A stretch of 64,000 nucleotides of DNA from Octopus vulgaris. Taxonomy: Eukaryota. Shown one piece after another: positions 1 through 33,531 of the stretch. Numbering within the stretch: position 1 is the stretch's first letter; every line of letters begins with the position of its first letter. The stretch lies in the NCBI GenBank assembly GCA_951406725.2, contig OX597835.1, forward strand, positions 1,798,001-1,862,000. The letters run 5' to 3'. A program made the translations under genes and the position numbers. Below the pieces are notes generated by a model. The model saw only the letters and a list, made by a program, of their open reading frames with translations, searched no databases and was not told the DNA's origin.

Positions 1-186
1 CCTAAGCACTTAAAAGATTTTGGTGCCCCCATAAAAAGTTATGTAATTCAAAATATAAACAATAACAAACCATAAAATAAATTTTTATTTTTCAAAATGA
101 AACAAAAACAGTTCAAAGAGGGAAAACAATGTTTATTTTTGAATTCTTCCAGTTTATTTATATTTGAAAAGTTTCCTCCTTCTTTA

Positions 187-310
187 GATGGTGCGATCAT
201 TTTGAAGATAATTGATAAACACAATGCCGTTTGCATCCCAAAAATCTTGAGGCCATCACCTTCCTTGCAGATGAAACGACTTTGCCTTCTTTGCAGCAGA
301 TGAAGAGGAG
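187..310 (-). mobile_element. Mariner (Mos1/SETMAR-like) transposase fragment, frameshifted
   Basis: Minus-strand translation across frameshifts gives AKKAK..VSSARKVMAS..FWDANGIVFINYLQNDRTI, matching the mariner motif 'KKAKVVSSAGKVMASVFWDAKGIVFIDYL'. Confidence 0.7.
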
Positions 311-434
311 TGTTTATTTTGGCAAAGCTTCTTTCTCCGTCCTAGGCTTTGAAACCAGTTTTATATTATGATCAGTAAAACCAAAACCGATTTTAAGGCT
401 TGCGGTTTCGGATCTTTTCAATAAAAGATGCTTT

Positions 435-770
435 ATAATAATAATAATAATAATAATTGTGTACAGTGCTCAGGTGCACTACAACTCATCTAAAGTGTAT
501 ATATAATCAGGTGTAGTTTCGGCGGATTTCGGAAAGCATGAGGGCCTTAAAGGATGCAGTGTCACGGCAGTCAACAACTGACGCAGGCAGTTTATTCCAT
601 GCTTCAGCAACTCTGAGCGTGAAAAAATGTTTCCGAAAGTCATGGGAGCTGTGTTGTTTTCTGACTTTGTAGGCATGTCCACGTGTGTTAGACACATGGA
701 GATCAAAAAGGTGTTCAGTGTTGTTGTTGGTGAGGTGGTTGATAACTTTGTGGGTGTTTATGTAACACAT
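435..770 (-). mobile_element. CR1-clade LINE 3' end with (ATT)n tail
   Basis: ORF 507-770 has TRGHAYK..RKHFFTLRVAEAWNKLPASVV, the typical CR1 ORF2 C-terminus. A near-identical copy lies at 61347-61525. Confidence 0.85.
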
Positions 771-1849
771 TCTACCAGTATACGAAGTTTAAAAGTGTTT
801 AGTTACAAATAACTTTTTTTTTAAATGTGCCGGTCAAAGGGAAAAGATCCGCTGTTTCTTTTCTTTCTTTTTTTTTGCAAAACACTTCTCCATTTTTTTT
901 CTTTTCAAGAAATATCGTTGAAACTGAACTGTTGTCGGTCGCCTTTAGTTGAGAGTGCTGTCTGTTTCATTGAAACCTATCGCAACATATCAATTCTCAC
1001 CTTCTTTCCCCTTGAACCTTAGATCAGCACCTTGTCATCTCCTTCGCTAACCCCTGGCTGACTCTTTGAATTTGCAGGTAACTGAGTTTATACACATCTA
1101 TATACATAAGGGCCTATACCCCCATGGAAATACGGACCAACCTCCTCCATACCCTCTGGAAAGAGATGAACTGTGAACTTTATTCTCCTGCCTGTATTCT
1201 ATCTATTTTTACATATTTGGACTTCTTTCATGGCCTTCTTACCCTTTACTGGGTATTAATCTGGTTGCTGTATGGGAGAGAGGAAATTGTACTTCATTGA
1301 ATTAAATACATGCTGTGGCACATATCATCATCATCATCATTTAGCATCCGTTCTCCATGCTAGCATGGGTTGGTCTGTGAAGCTGGAAGGCTTCATCAGG
1401 CCCAGTCAGATCTGGCAGTGTTTCTACGGCTGGATGCCCTTCCTAACGCCAATATATATATATATATATATATATAGATTATAAAATGAGATAGGGGTTG
1501 AAAATTCAACCCACCATGGGATAATATATATCCAATATACTGCCAGATGTAATGGTGTATTAAAGTATGGATTGGGTATCATCGGATAGTTGATGTTTTA
1601 TTGATTTAAGTATGTTTCTCCATTCTCTAATTTTGTAGTATATATATATAGACATATATATATATATAGACATATAAGGCTACTTCATGCCCCTCTCTTT
1701 ACTGGTCCTTAATGTGGATGCTATATGGGAGGGAGCAAAAATATTATACTTGATTGTATCAAATTCACGATGTACACCACACTACCAAGCAAATGTTTAC
1801 TTGGATCTTTTCAAACATGAAGAAAAGCTCCACAGTGACTAGAAGCAGA

Positions 1850-2935
1850 GAAGTGGCTTGACAGCGCTGTTCAAGCCATGTACAGCAATGCTGTCAGTAA
1901 GGTGAGAGTTGGCCTTGACTATAGTGATGAATTTAACGTACAAGTTGGAGTACACCAGGGACCAGTTCTTAGTCCACTCTTACTTATCATAGTTCCCCAG
2001 GCCATAACAGACGAATTCAAGACTGGATGCCCACGGGAACTACTATATGCTGATGAATCTGAAGCAGAACTGGAGAGGTTGCAGGTTTGGGAGCAAAACC
2101 TGGAATCAAAAGGTCTTAAAGTTAACTAAAGTTGTTGTTAGGGAGAAAGGAGACAAGGGTCTCATTCCGACTGGCAAAAGGACCTTTTTGAATATGTAGG
2201 AAAGGAGCGGGATGTAATTCCATTTGCTGCACCAAGTGTAAGCTATGGATGCATAAAGGATGCTGTGGAATGGTGGGAAGATTATCAAATAAGGTTGCTT
2301 TCGTGGGTGGCAGGTGCACAGAAACGATAAGTACTATGAGCACGAGGGACTTAAACTCTCTCACATGCCCAGGAGGCTCTCTTGAGGTAGTGGATAGTCT
2401 CTGCTATTTAGGTGACCAAATTAGTAACGGTGGTGGATGCTCTGAAAGTATTGCTTCTAGAATAAGAATTGGGTGGAGGAAGTTCAGAGAACTACCACTT
2501 CTGTTGGCAGCAAAAGGATTCTCTCTCAGAGTGAAAGGTAGGTTGTATGATGCTTGTGTGAGAACAGCTGTTACATGGTAGTGAGTCATGGGCTCTGACT
2601 GCGGAGGACATGCGTAGGCTGGAGAGGAATGAAGGTGGTATGTTCTGTTGGATTTGCAACATCAGTGTGCATGACTGACAGAGCACAACTGTGTTGAGAG
2701 AAAAGTTGGGTAAAAGAGGGATTAAATGTGGTCTGCAGGAGAGGGGACTGCATTGGTTTGGACATGTGATGCGTATGAGTGAAGACAGCTGTATACAGAA
2801 GAGCCTGTTACTGGGAGACCGAGGAAGACATGGGATGAAGTGGTGAGGACTGATCTTAGGATGTTGGAGCTCACAGAGGAAATGACTGTAGACAGAGATG
2901 TTTGGTGACGTGAGATCCTAAGGAAGACCTGTCCA
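1850..2935 (+). mobile_element. RTE-clade LINE, 5'-truncated, degenerate ORF2
   Basis: RT motifs VGVHQGPVLSPLL and LLYAD, then YLGDQIS..GGC..SRIRIGWRKFREL and KGRLYDACVRTA; contains stops and frameshifts. Confidence 0.9.
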
Positions 2936-3830
2936 CGAAACTGAGGGCTAGAACAGTTCTAGCCCACCCACACTTTTCACCCAATCTACCCTAAGAAATC
3001 AAACTCCTCTTCTAATTGCATCTTTCTCTTCCTCACATTTCCTTCTAATACATTATGATTGTTTAACAATCCCCTTTCTTTGTCCCCACTGTATCAGTTT
3101 CCCCCACACCCACTCCCTATTTTTCTAACCAGGTTCTACGCTCATGTTCTTGTTACTTGGGAGTATGCCCTAGCACTACACTGCCCCTATTTTGCTTGAC
3201 CCTAATCTCTCTCTCTTTCCCTTTGGTCACTCTCTCTGACCAGGTAACCAAGTATCAGCTTCTCATCAGCACACTTGTTTCTGGCCCCTTTCTGTACCTC
3301 TCTCTCTCACACTGGGTAGCCATGTATCCCCTCTATAGCAAAGCATCTATTTCTGCCTCCCTATTTCTCTGCTACACTAACCTTTCATCATTTGATACTG
3401 GGATCACCTCCTCTAATGCCCCCTCTGTTGTGGCAAGACCCCTGCTTTTGTCTCTCTGTCTCTTGTCACACACTATCTTTCACCCTCTGACACAAATGCC
3501 CCACCCCTCTCACAATTCCTTGTCTTGTGAGTTACTTGGTTATTCTGCCAGTGCTGGTGCCACGTTAAAAGCGTCCAATCCACACTGGTTGGCATTTGGA
3601 AAGAAATCCAGTTGTAAAAATCTTGCCAAAACTAACTTCACCTCTGCTAGTGCCACGTAAAAAGCACTGATCCTACTCTGCAGAGTGGTTGGTGTTAGGA
3701 AGGGCATCCAGCTGTAAACTCCCTACCAAAATAGACTTGGGTAGCCTTGGGTAGATTTTCCTTCAACTGTCCTACCCATGCATGCATGGAAGATGGATGT
3801 TAAATGATGATATGTATACATACACACAAC

Positions 3831-3872
<42 letters not shown>

Positions 3873-4119
3873 TGTGTATATAGATTATTCCTTGGTACAG
3901 GTTTCTGTCTTCGTTTAACATGCCAGAGTCTAAACCACACTGAATCGCAATCAAACTCATCCCAGTGGAGTATAATAACTCCATATATGACCTTCCCTCA
4001 TTAAGAAAGACACTTATCCTAGAATGTTCTCTCTTCACCCCACTGGTTTTCACACGTACACAGAAAAAGGTCCGTTACTCAGGCAACATATTGCACAATT
4101 CTTTGGAATTGATGCAATG

Positions 4120-4125
4120 TTTATT
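4120..4125 (-). promoter_or_regulatory. Candidate poly(A) signal (AATAAA) of the SLC49A3-like gene
   Basis: First canonical AATAAA I found on the minus strand, ~590 nt downstream of the stop codon. Confidence 0.45.
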
Positions 4126-4637
4126 TTTAAAACAAAAATAAATAAAAACAGTTAGGATTCCACAGTCATGATACAAAATTTGCAAAATGGTTTTAAAATT
4201 TGTCCATGGTACAATATAAATTCATAATTTTGGAACTTTTTATAGAAAAGGGTGTTCCAAATTTTAAAAAAATAATTAGAAAATAAAAATATTTTCATTT
4301 ATATAAGAATATTGATATATATTTTTTCTTTTTTTTTTTTTGTCTCTTTAAATAATATCAAGTTGCTTTCTGAAGATGTAAAATGAAAAAGAAAAACCAT
4401 ATCAACAACATTTAAAAAAACATGGTAAAGAAGACATTTTCGAGGTCCAGTTAAAAGTCCCCTTCTCTGCCCTATTTTTTGCATGTTCCTATAAATATAG
4501 GGAATGACTGATTTATCAGAACATTTAGCAATAGAGTTGACAGAGAAGTAAGATAGATAAATAAAGTGAGATATAGAAGGATGGATGGATGGATGGGTAC
4601 ATTAATATGTGTGTGTGTGTGTGTGTGTCTATATATA

Positions 4638-4678
<41 letters not shown>

Positions 4679-4710
4679 TAATAGGTAAAACAAAATGTGC
4701 TATTGCTTGT

Positions 4711-26953
<22,243 letters not shown>

Positions 26954-26961
26954 GTTGGTGT

Positions 26962-26971
26962 GTCACATGAC
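26962..26971. promoter_or_regulatory. CLEAR/M-box-like E-box GTCACATGAC
   Basis: One mismatch to the CLEAR consensus GTCACGTGAC, within the near-palindrome tgtgtcacatgacaca just upstream of the ATG. Confidence 0.4.
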
Positions 26972-26994
26972 ACAAAGGCGTCGTGCACTGAGCC

Positions 26995-27326
26995 GTGTGT
27001 GTGCGTGTGCGTGTGTGTGCGAGTGTGTGTGTGTGTGCGTGTGTGCGTGCGTGCGTGTGTGCGTGCGTGTGTGTGTGCGTGTGTGTGTGTGTGCGTGTGT
27101 GTGTGTGCGTGTGTGCGCGTGCGAGTGTGTGTGTGCTCATACTTGTATGTATGTATATACATACATACATACATACATACACACATACACACACACACAC
27201 ATACATACATACACACATAATACATACATACACACACACATACATACATACACACACGCATACATACATACACACACACATACATACATACATACACACA
27301 TACATACATACATACATACATACATA
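26995..27326. repeat. Compound (GT/GC)n + (ATAC)n/(AC)n microsatellite
   Basis: Direct; it explains the many low-complexity ORFs here. Confidence 0.95.
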
Positions 27327-27686
27327 GGCCAAGTAAAGATCTTCACCCGTAAACAAAAATAATAATAATAATAATAAACTGCTGGGTGTTAACAAGTTTG
27401 TAGAAAACGAATATGAAAAAAAAACTGCGCTAACGACCCTGGGTGGTGGGTGGAGGGCCTTTCGGAAAATTCACAAGATCCGAGTTTTCCGTCATAACTT
27501 TCGGTAAAATGGACATTGATTTTTTTTTCTTTGTACAGAATCCCATGTTTTTGGTTGTTTAGGATCCGATTCTGAAAAAAAAAATTTTTTTAAAATTTCA
27601 ATTCCGCCCCCCCCTCACCCCACCCCTCATTTTTCATTTTTCACTTTTCTCTCTCTCTCTCTCTACTATTTTCTATATATATATAT

Positions 27687-27717
<31 letters not shown>

Positions 27718-28100
27718 GGGAGTATAACTCCAAACTTACAGGGAAAAATTCAATTTAGTATTAAATCAAATTTCACAATATAAATATATAATATATATAA
27801 ATGAGAGATAAGACCACTATTATGTAATTCAAACAATGATAGACATAAACCAATACATAAATAACAAATAATATATATTTTTATAAAACATTAATTATAT
27901 TTATATATATATATATAGTTAAAGTTAATCCAAACAAGAAAACACAGAAAAAAACACAGCAATGCGAGGACGTGGAACAATTAAAGTATTATTTGACACT
28001 CAGGAAAGAAGGGAGGAGGGTTTAACGTTTTGAGCGGAGCTCTTCGTCGAAACAAAGGAGAAGGAAAGATCCCGAGAAGGGAAGACAGAGGAAAAAAACC

Positions 28101-28134
<34 letters not shown>

Positions 28135-28294
28135 GGTTTAAGTAATTGAGATTCAAGTGAGTTCTAATGAATTCACATGAATATGGTCCTTAACTAGGAT
28201 GCACCGGAAATCTATATGGTGTTAACCATACGACAAGTGGGGTGATTACAAATAGGAAAAAGGCAACAAGAATGGATCCATTCTGGTTGCTTTT

Positions 28295-28330
<36 letters not shown>

Positions 28331-28379
28331 AAAACGGACGCTAAACGATGATGATGATGATGATGATATATATATATGT

Positions 28380-28478
28380 ATATGAAAGAATGGAGTTGAA
28401 CAACTAGTTAACAAATATCCTTTATTCTGAGAATAAAGGATATTTGTTAACTAGTTGTTCAACTCCATTCTTTCATAT
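28380..28478. repeat. Perfect palindrome: 49-bp arms, 1-nt spacer
   Basis: atatgaaagaatggagttgaacaactagttaacaaatatcctttattct-g-agaataaaggatatttgttaactagttgttcaactccattctttcatat. Confidence 0.95.
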
Positions 28479-28696
28479 GATTGATTCTAGTTTCAGCTCA
28501 CGAGCTGTGGCCATGCTGAGGCACCACTTATAATTTTAAAATAAACATACAAATTTCCGCACGAAGACACGTAGTCTATGCCCTAGGGACGTAGCTTCAA
28601 CCGTGTTCTTTCTGATGTGAATTTGCTACCCAGGTATCGGTTATCTTTCGAATTATCCTTAATAAGATAATTCATTCAATTACTTATATATATATA

Positions 28697-29290
28697 TCAT
28701 CATCATCATCATCATCATCGTTTAACGTCCGCTTTCCATGCTAGCATGGGTTGGACGGTTCAACTGGGGTCTGGGGAGCCCGAAGGCTGCACCAGGCCAG
28801 TCAGATCTGGCAGTGTTTCTACAGCTGGATGCCCTTCCTAACGCCAACCACTCCGAGAGTGTAGTGGGTGATTTTATGTGCCACCGACACAGGTGCCAGG
28901 CGAGGCTGGCAGACGGCCACGCTCGGATGGTGTTTTTATGTGCCACCGACACAGGTGCCAGATGGCCACGCTCGGATGGTGTTTTTATGTGCCACCGACA
29001 CAGGTGCCAGACGAGGCTGGCAGACGCCCACGCTCAGACGGTGTTTGTTACGTGCCCACAGCACGGAGGCCAGTCGAGGCGGTACTGGCTACGGTCCCGT
29101 TCGGATGGGTATTCTTATGTGCCACCGGCACTGGTACCACAAGGATACAAATTCCATTGATGTTCATCTATTTTGATTTGGTTTGACTTGATTCGATTTG
29201 ACTTGATTTGATTTGCCTCAACAGGTCTTCACAAGTGTCACAAGCAGGAAGGTATGCACAGGCGGACTGACTACGTCCCAGGTAGGGGCC
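28697..29290 (-). mobile_element. SINE-like repeat with internal 49-62-bp tandem units
   Basis: Same family as 5020-5555; repeated unit ttttatgtgccaccgacacaggtgccag...cacgctcggatggtgt. Confidence 0.8.
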
Positions 29291-29291
29291 A

Positions 29292-29690
29292 CAGGTGCAG
29301 GAGTGGTTGTGTGGTAAGTAGCTTGTTTACCAACCACATGGTTCCAGGTTCAGTCCCACTCGTGGCACCTTGGGCAAGTGTCTTCTACTATAGCCTTGGG
29401 CCGACCAAAGCCCTTGTGAGTGGATTTGGTAGACGGAAACTGAAAGAAGCCCGTCGTATATATATATATATGTATGTGTGTGTGTTTGTATGTCTGTGTT
29501 TGTCCCCCTAGCATTGCTTGAAAACCGATGCTGGTGTGTTTATGTCCCCATTTCTTAGCGCTTCGGCAAAAGAGACCGATGGAATAAGTACTGGGCTTAC
29601 AAAAGAATAAGTTTTGAGGTCGAGTTGCTCGATTAAAGGCGGTGCTCCAGCATGGCCGCAGTCAAATGACTGAAACAAGTAAAAGAGTAT
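29292..29690 (+). mobile_element. tRNA-derived SINE (Nin/Deu-domain-like octopus family), near full length
   Basis: A/B-box-like head (gtggtaagtagc...ggttcagtccc), core ccaaagcccttgtgagtggatttggtagacggaaactg, tail cagcatggccgcagtcaaatgactgaaacaagtaaaagag. Copies at 30505-30875, 35238-35660(-), 43225-43575(-) and others. Confidence 0.8.
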
Positions 29691-30874
29691 ACCCCCAGGC
29701 CTTCAAGTATGCTAGCCACATGCTAGAAATAACAGCCAAATCTCACAAAACTGCGATAACAATGTAATCAACCTACTCACCTTTCTGCAAAGATTTCTTT
29801 CAGAGTAATTTCCCGCAGTAATATGACAAAGTAATTCATGTGAAATTGAAGTGGGTTTTTTTTTCTTTAACTTTTTTAAAAAGTTTTTATCGAAATTTTT
29901 TTTCAATCAATCTGCATGGGAAAATATGGAAATTAAGAATATGGACAAAATAAAGACAAATTCAAATTTTAATTTCAAATTTTTTAATAAAAACTCTGAC
30001 CCAAAATTCCCCCCCTCCCCGCTGTCTAAAAGTGAAAATTACCGGTTGTTTTGTCTATTTCACATGAATTACTTTTGAAAATGCGATTTTTGAAATTTTT
30101 TTTTCCAGATTCAGATCCTCCATAACCAAAAATGTGGGATTCCATAAAAAAAAATCAATATATAGCCATTTTACCGAAAATTATGACGGAGAAATCGGAT
30201 CTTGTGAATTTTCCAAAAATCCTACCCGCCACAGGTCGTTAGTGTAAATTTCTTTTTCATATTTGTTTTCTTCATACTTGTTAACACCCAGCTGGTTTGT
30301 TTATTTATTTATTTATTTTTTGTTCATGCAAACCAACAAGTTTATAACATCTCACTTCGTAGGCAACATCTGTGCAATCCAAAAACAGAAGATCCCCACC
30401 AAGTACCGACAGCAGAAGTCATTGGCAGATAACAAACGCAGGCTGCGCAAGCCCAAGACTGATGACCTAAACTACATTATTGCTAACTGCAAAAGAATGC
30501 CTTCTAGGCGCAGGAGTGGCTGTGTGGTAAGTAGCTTGCTTTACCAACCACATGGTTCCAGGTTTGGTCCTGCTGCACAACACCTTGGATGGCTGTTCTC
30601 TGTGGTAGCCCTTGTGGGTGGATTCGGTTGGCAGAGGCTGGGGAAGAAGGCCTGCTGTGTATATATGTGTGTGTGTGTGTGTGTGTGTATGTTTGTGTTT
30701 GTTGCCCATCACCACTTGACAACTGGTGTTGGTCTTATGTCCCTGTAACTTGGTGATTCAGCAAAAGAGACCAAAAGAGACCAAAAGAGACCAGGCTGGA
30801 TATCTGATCAACTAAAACTTCTTCAAGTCAGCACCACAAGATGGCTGCTGTTTAATGACAGAAACAAGTAAAAG

Positions 30875-31082
30875 ATATATATGTGTGTGTGTGTGTGTGT
30901 GTGTCTATGTATATATATATATATATGTTTATGTATATATATATATATATATATGTTTATGTATATATATATATATATATGTTTATGTATATATATATAT
31001 ATATAGATAGATAGATAGATAGATATATGTATATATATATATGTTTATGTATATATATATTATACATATATATATATATATA

Positions 31083-31141
<59 letters not shown>

Positions 31142-31144
31142 GTT

Positions 31145-31175
<31 letters not shown>

Positions 31176-31192
31176 CATCATCATCATCATCA
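30875..31192. repeat. Compound (GT)n/(TA)n/(CAT)n microsatellite
   Basis: Direct. Confidence 0.95.
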
Positions 31193-31510
31193 TCGTTTAA
31201 CGTCCATTCTCCAAGCTAGCATGGGTTGGATGATTCGACCGGGGATGTGGGAAGCCAGAAGGCTGCACCAGGCTCCAGTCTGATCTGGCAGTGTTTCTAC
31301 AGCTGGATGCCCTTCCTAACGCCAACCACTCCATGAGTGTAGTGGGTGCTTTTTACGTGCCACCTGCACAGGTGCCAGACGGGGCTGGCAAACGGCCACG
31401 GTCGGATGGTGCTTTTTACATGCCACCAGAATGGGGGCCAGGCGAGGCTGGCAACGGCCACGATCGGATAGTGCTTTTTACGTGCCACTGGCATGGGGGC
31501 CAGGCGAGGC

Positions 31511-31552
<42 letters not shown>

Positions 31553-31759
31553 TATACAGGTACGAGTTCAGACAGAAAATAGCATTTACTTTCTGACTCA
31601 CTCATGTGTGTGTGGTGGTGGTGGTGGTGGTGGTGTGTGTGTGTGTGTGTGTAATATCAGTGGAATAGTGAGCGCAGAGTCAAAGGTTACAAAACAAGAA
31701 GTCAAAATAAATAAATGAAGAAATGACTCAGTGTTGTTTATACAACACATTGGAATTTG

Positions 31760-31797
<38 letters not shown>

Positions 31798-33422
31798 AAA
31801 CAATCTAATGAATTAATCAACCAATCAATAAATCCAGGTGTTGGCTGTTATCTGCAGTGACTTCAGATCAGTGGAAGCCCACCACAATTTTCAAAGGCAA
31901 CAGATTGACAGAAATTATTACAAACTCACTTATGAGTATTTAGAATATGCAAGTATTTTGAAAATACTTCATGGAATGACAACCATACTCTGCATAGTTA
32001 TGGGCTGCTGTTTGGCAAGGTATGGCACCTATAATGGAAGGCAAGGTTTATGATATCGGGAGAATATTGCCTTCTCCCATCATATCTTGTTCTTAATGTA
32101 GTTCAGGCTCCGGCAGGTGAAGAAAGAAGTCTTTAAGTACAAATGCAATTTACAACCGGTTTCTTTACAAGTTTCACAGAACAGGTGAAGTGCATTGCTC
32201 TCAGCAACCATCTCGAGCTGTGTGTGTGGTGTTGTATCACCATTAGTGCGGGCACATTGCCTCTGGAGGTACAACATGCAGACAGGCCCAGCCAGTGAAG
32301 CGTGCTCAGCAAGCGCTGGTGCGTGGAAGCGGAGAGAAAAGAATGAATCTGTTTCTGTTTTGCCCTTATATACAGTTTGCCATCACAAGCCTCGTTGTGA
32401 ACTCACGCATGGCAAATGGATGCAGGTGAGGTCTTGCTCCAATCTCAGATGGCGCTAACTGCTTGTGCCCGCACTAATGGTTTTCTGCTACTTCCCTAGC
32501 TAAATGTACCTGCCTCCGAACTTCCCTTCTGGCTATCTGATACAATTCCCTGCTACCCCTACACTTCCAGTCCTGTTTCTTTACTCTAATTGCCTAGTCT
32601 ACAACATCATTCCACTACTACGTCACCCTTGGTCTAGACGGGACTTTGTCCCAGCCACAGATTTGGTCCATGGTACTCAGCAAGCTGTCCGGAAGGAATT
32701 CTCAGTTGCCTTCTATGTTACAAGTCTGTAGCTCCCCACTCCTTCTCATCAAATTTCTCAATTAGGGTGTCCCTAAATCTCTGACCATACAGAGGATCCT
32801 TAAACTTCCAGATAAATCTTCTTCGTGGCACATTTTTGGCCTGAGGTCTAAATTCACCAATGTCTAGTCTATGCTGGTGAGTGGAGGTACATTCTTCACC
32901 AGGGAAGGCCTTTGCATGTGTGTGTGTTATTTAATTTTAATTCCAGATTTGTTGTCAATGGAAAAAGATCCGTTTTCTAACCAAGATCCAAGGCTCCTTC
33001 ATTGGAATTTTGAACATCAGCAAAGTATTTGTGCCTGTTCGTGTATACGTGTGCAATATTTGGAATCAGGGCACGTGCAGACTTGTATGTTTCGTTTAAT
33101 GTATGTTTACTCATTCATGCAGTGGTGTGTGTGAATATTGGTTTCAGATTTTGGCACAAGGTCAACGATTTCGGGAGAGGAGTTGAGTCGATTACATCGA
33201 CTCCCGTGTTCAACTGACACTTATTTCATCGAAAAGATAAAAGGCAAAGGCGACCTCGGTAGAATTTGAACTCAGAACGTTAAGGACGGATGAAATGCGG
33301 CTATGTATTGTGCCTGGTACGCTTACCATTCTGTCAGCTCACTACCTTTTGTATGTCTATTGATTGTTCGGTTCTTTTAATCTTTGTGTTGTTGGAAATA
33401 TGACCAAGTGACAGGTTTGGTG

Positions 33423-33437
33423 GTTGCTGTTAGCAAC
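33423..33437. promoter_or_regulatory. RFX X-box (GTTGCTGTTAGCAAC) at the putative LRRIQ3 promoter
   Basis: Palindromic GTTGC..TAGCAAC in a CpG-richer patch ~95 nt upstream of a strong donor (AAG|gtaaat, 33531); forkhead TGTTTAC at 33496-33502. Confidence 0.6.
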
Positions 33438-33439
33438 GT

Positions 33440-33531
33440 AACTGCGGGATAGAAATAACAGCAACAACATTGTTGCGGCGAAATGCTTCCGTGTTTGTTT
33501 ACAGAGTTCGTCGGACATTGAAGTAGAAAAG
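33440..33531 (+). other. Putative non-coding first exon of the LRRIQ3-like gene (5' end approximate)
   Basis: Donor AAG|gtaaat at 33531/33532; the next acceptor tttacag at 35860 precedes the coding exon. Confidence 0.5.

Noticed and set aside
28872-29140. Repeat-spacer-like array resembling CRISPR
   Set aside because: Units are tandem with non-unique 'spacers', lie inside a SINE present in several copies, there are no cas genes, and the DNA is eukaryotic.
29292-29370. tRNA-like A/B boxes (also the heads of other SINEs)
   Set aside because: SINE heads with no complete cloverleaf; not tRNA genes.
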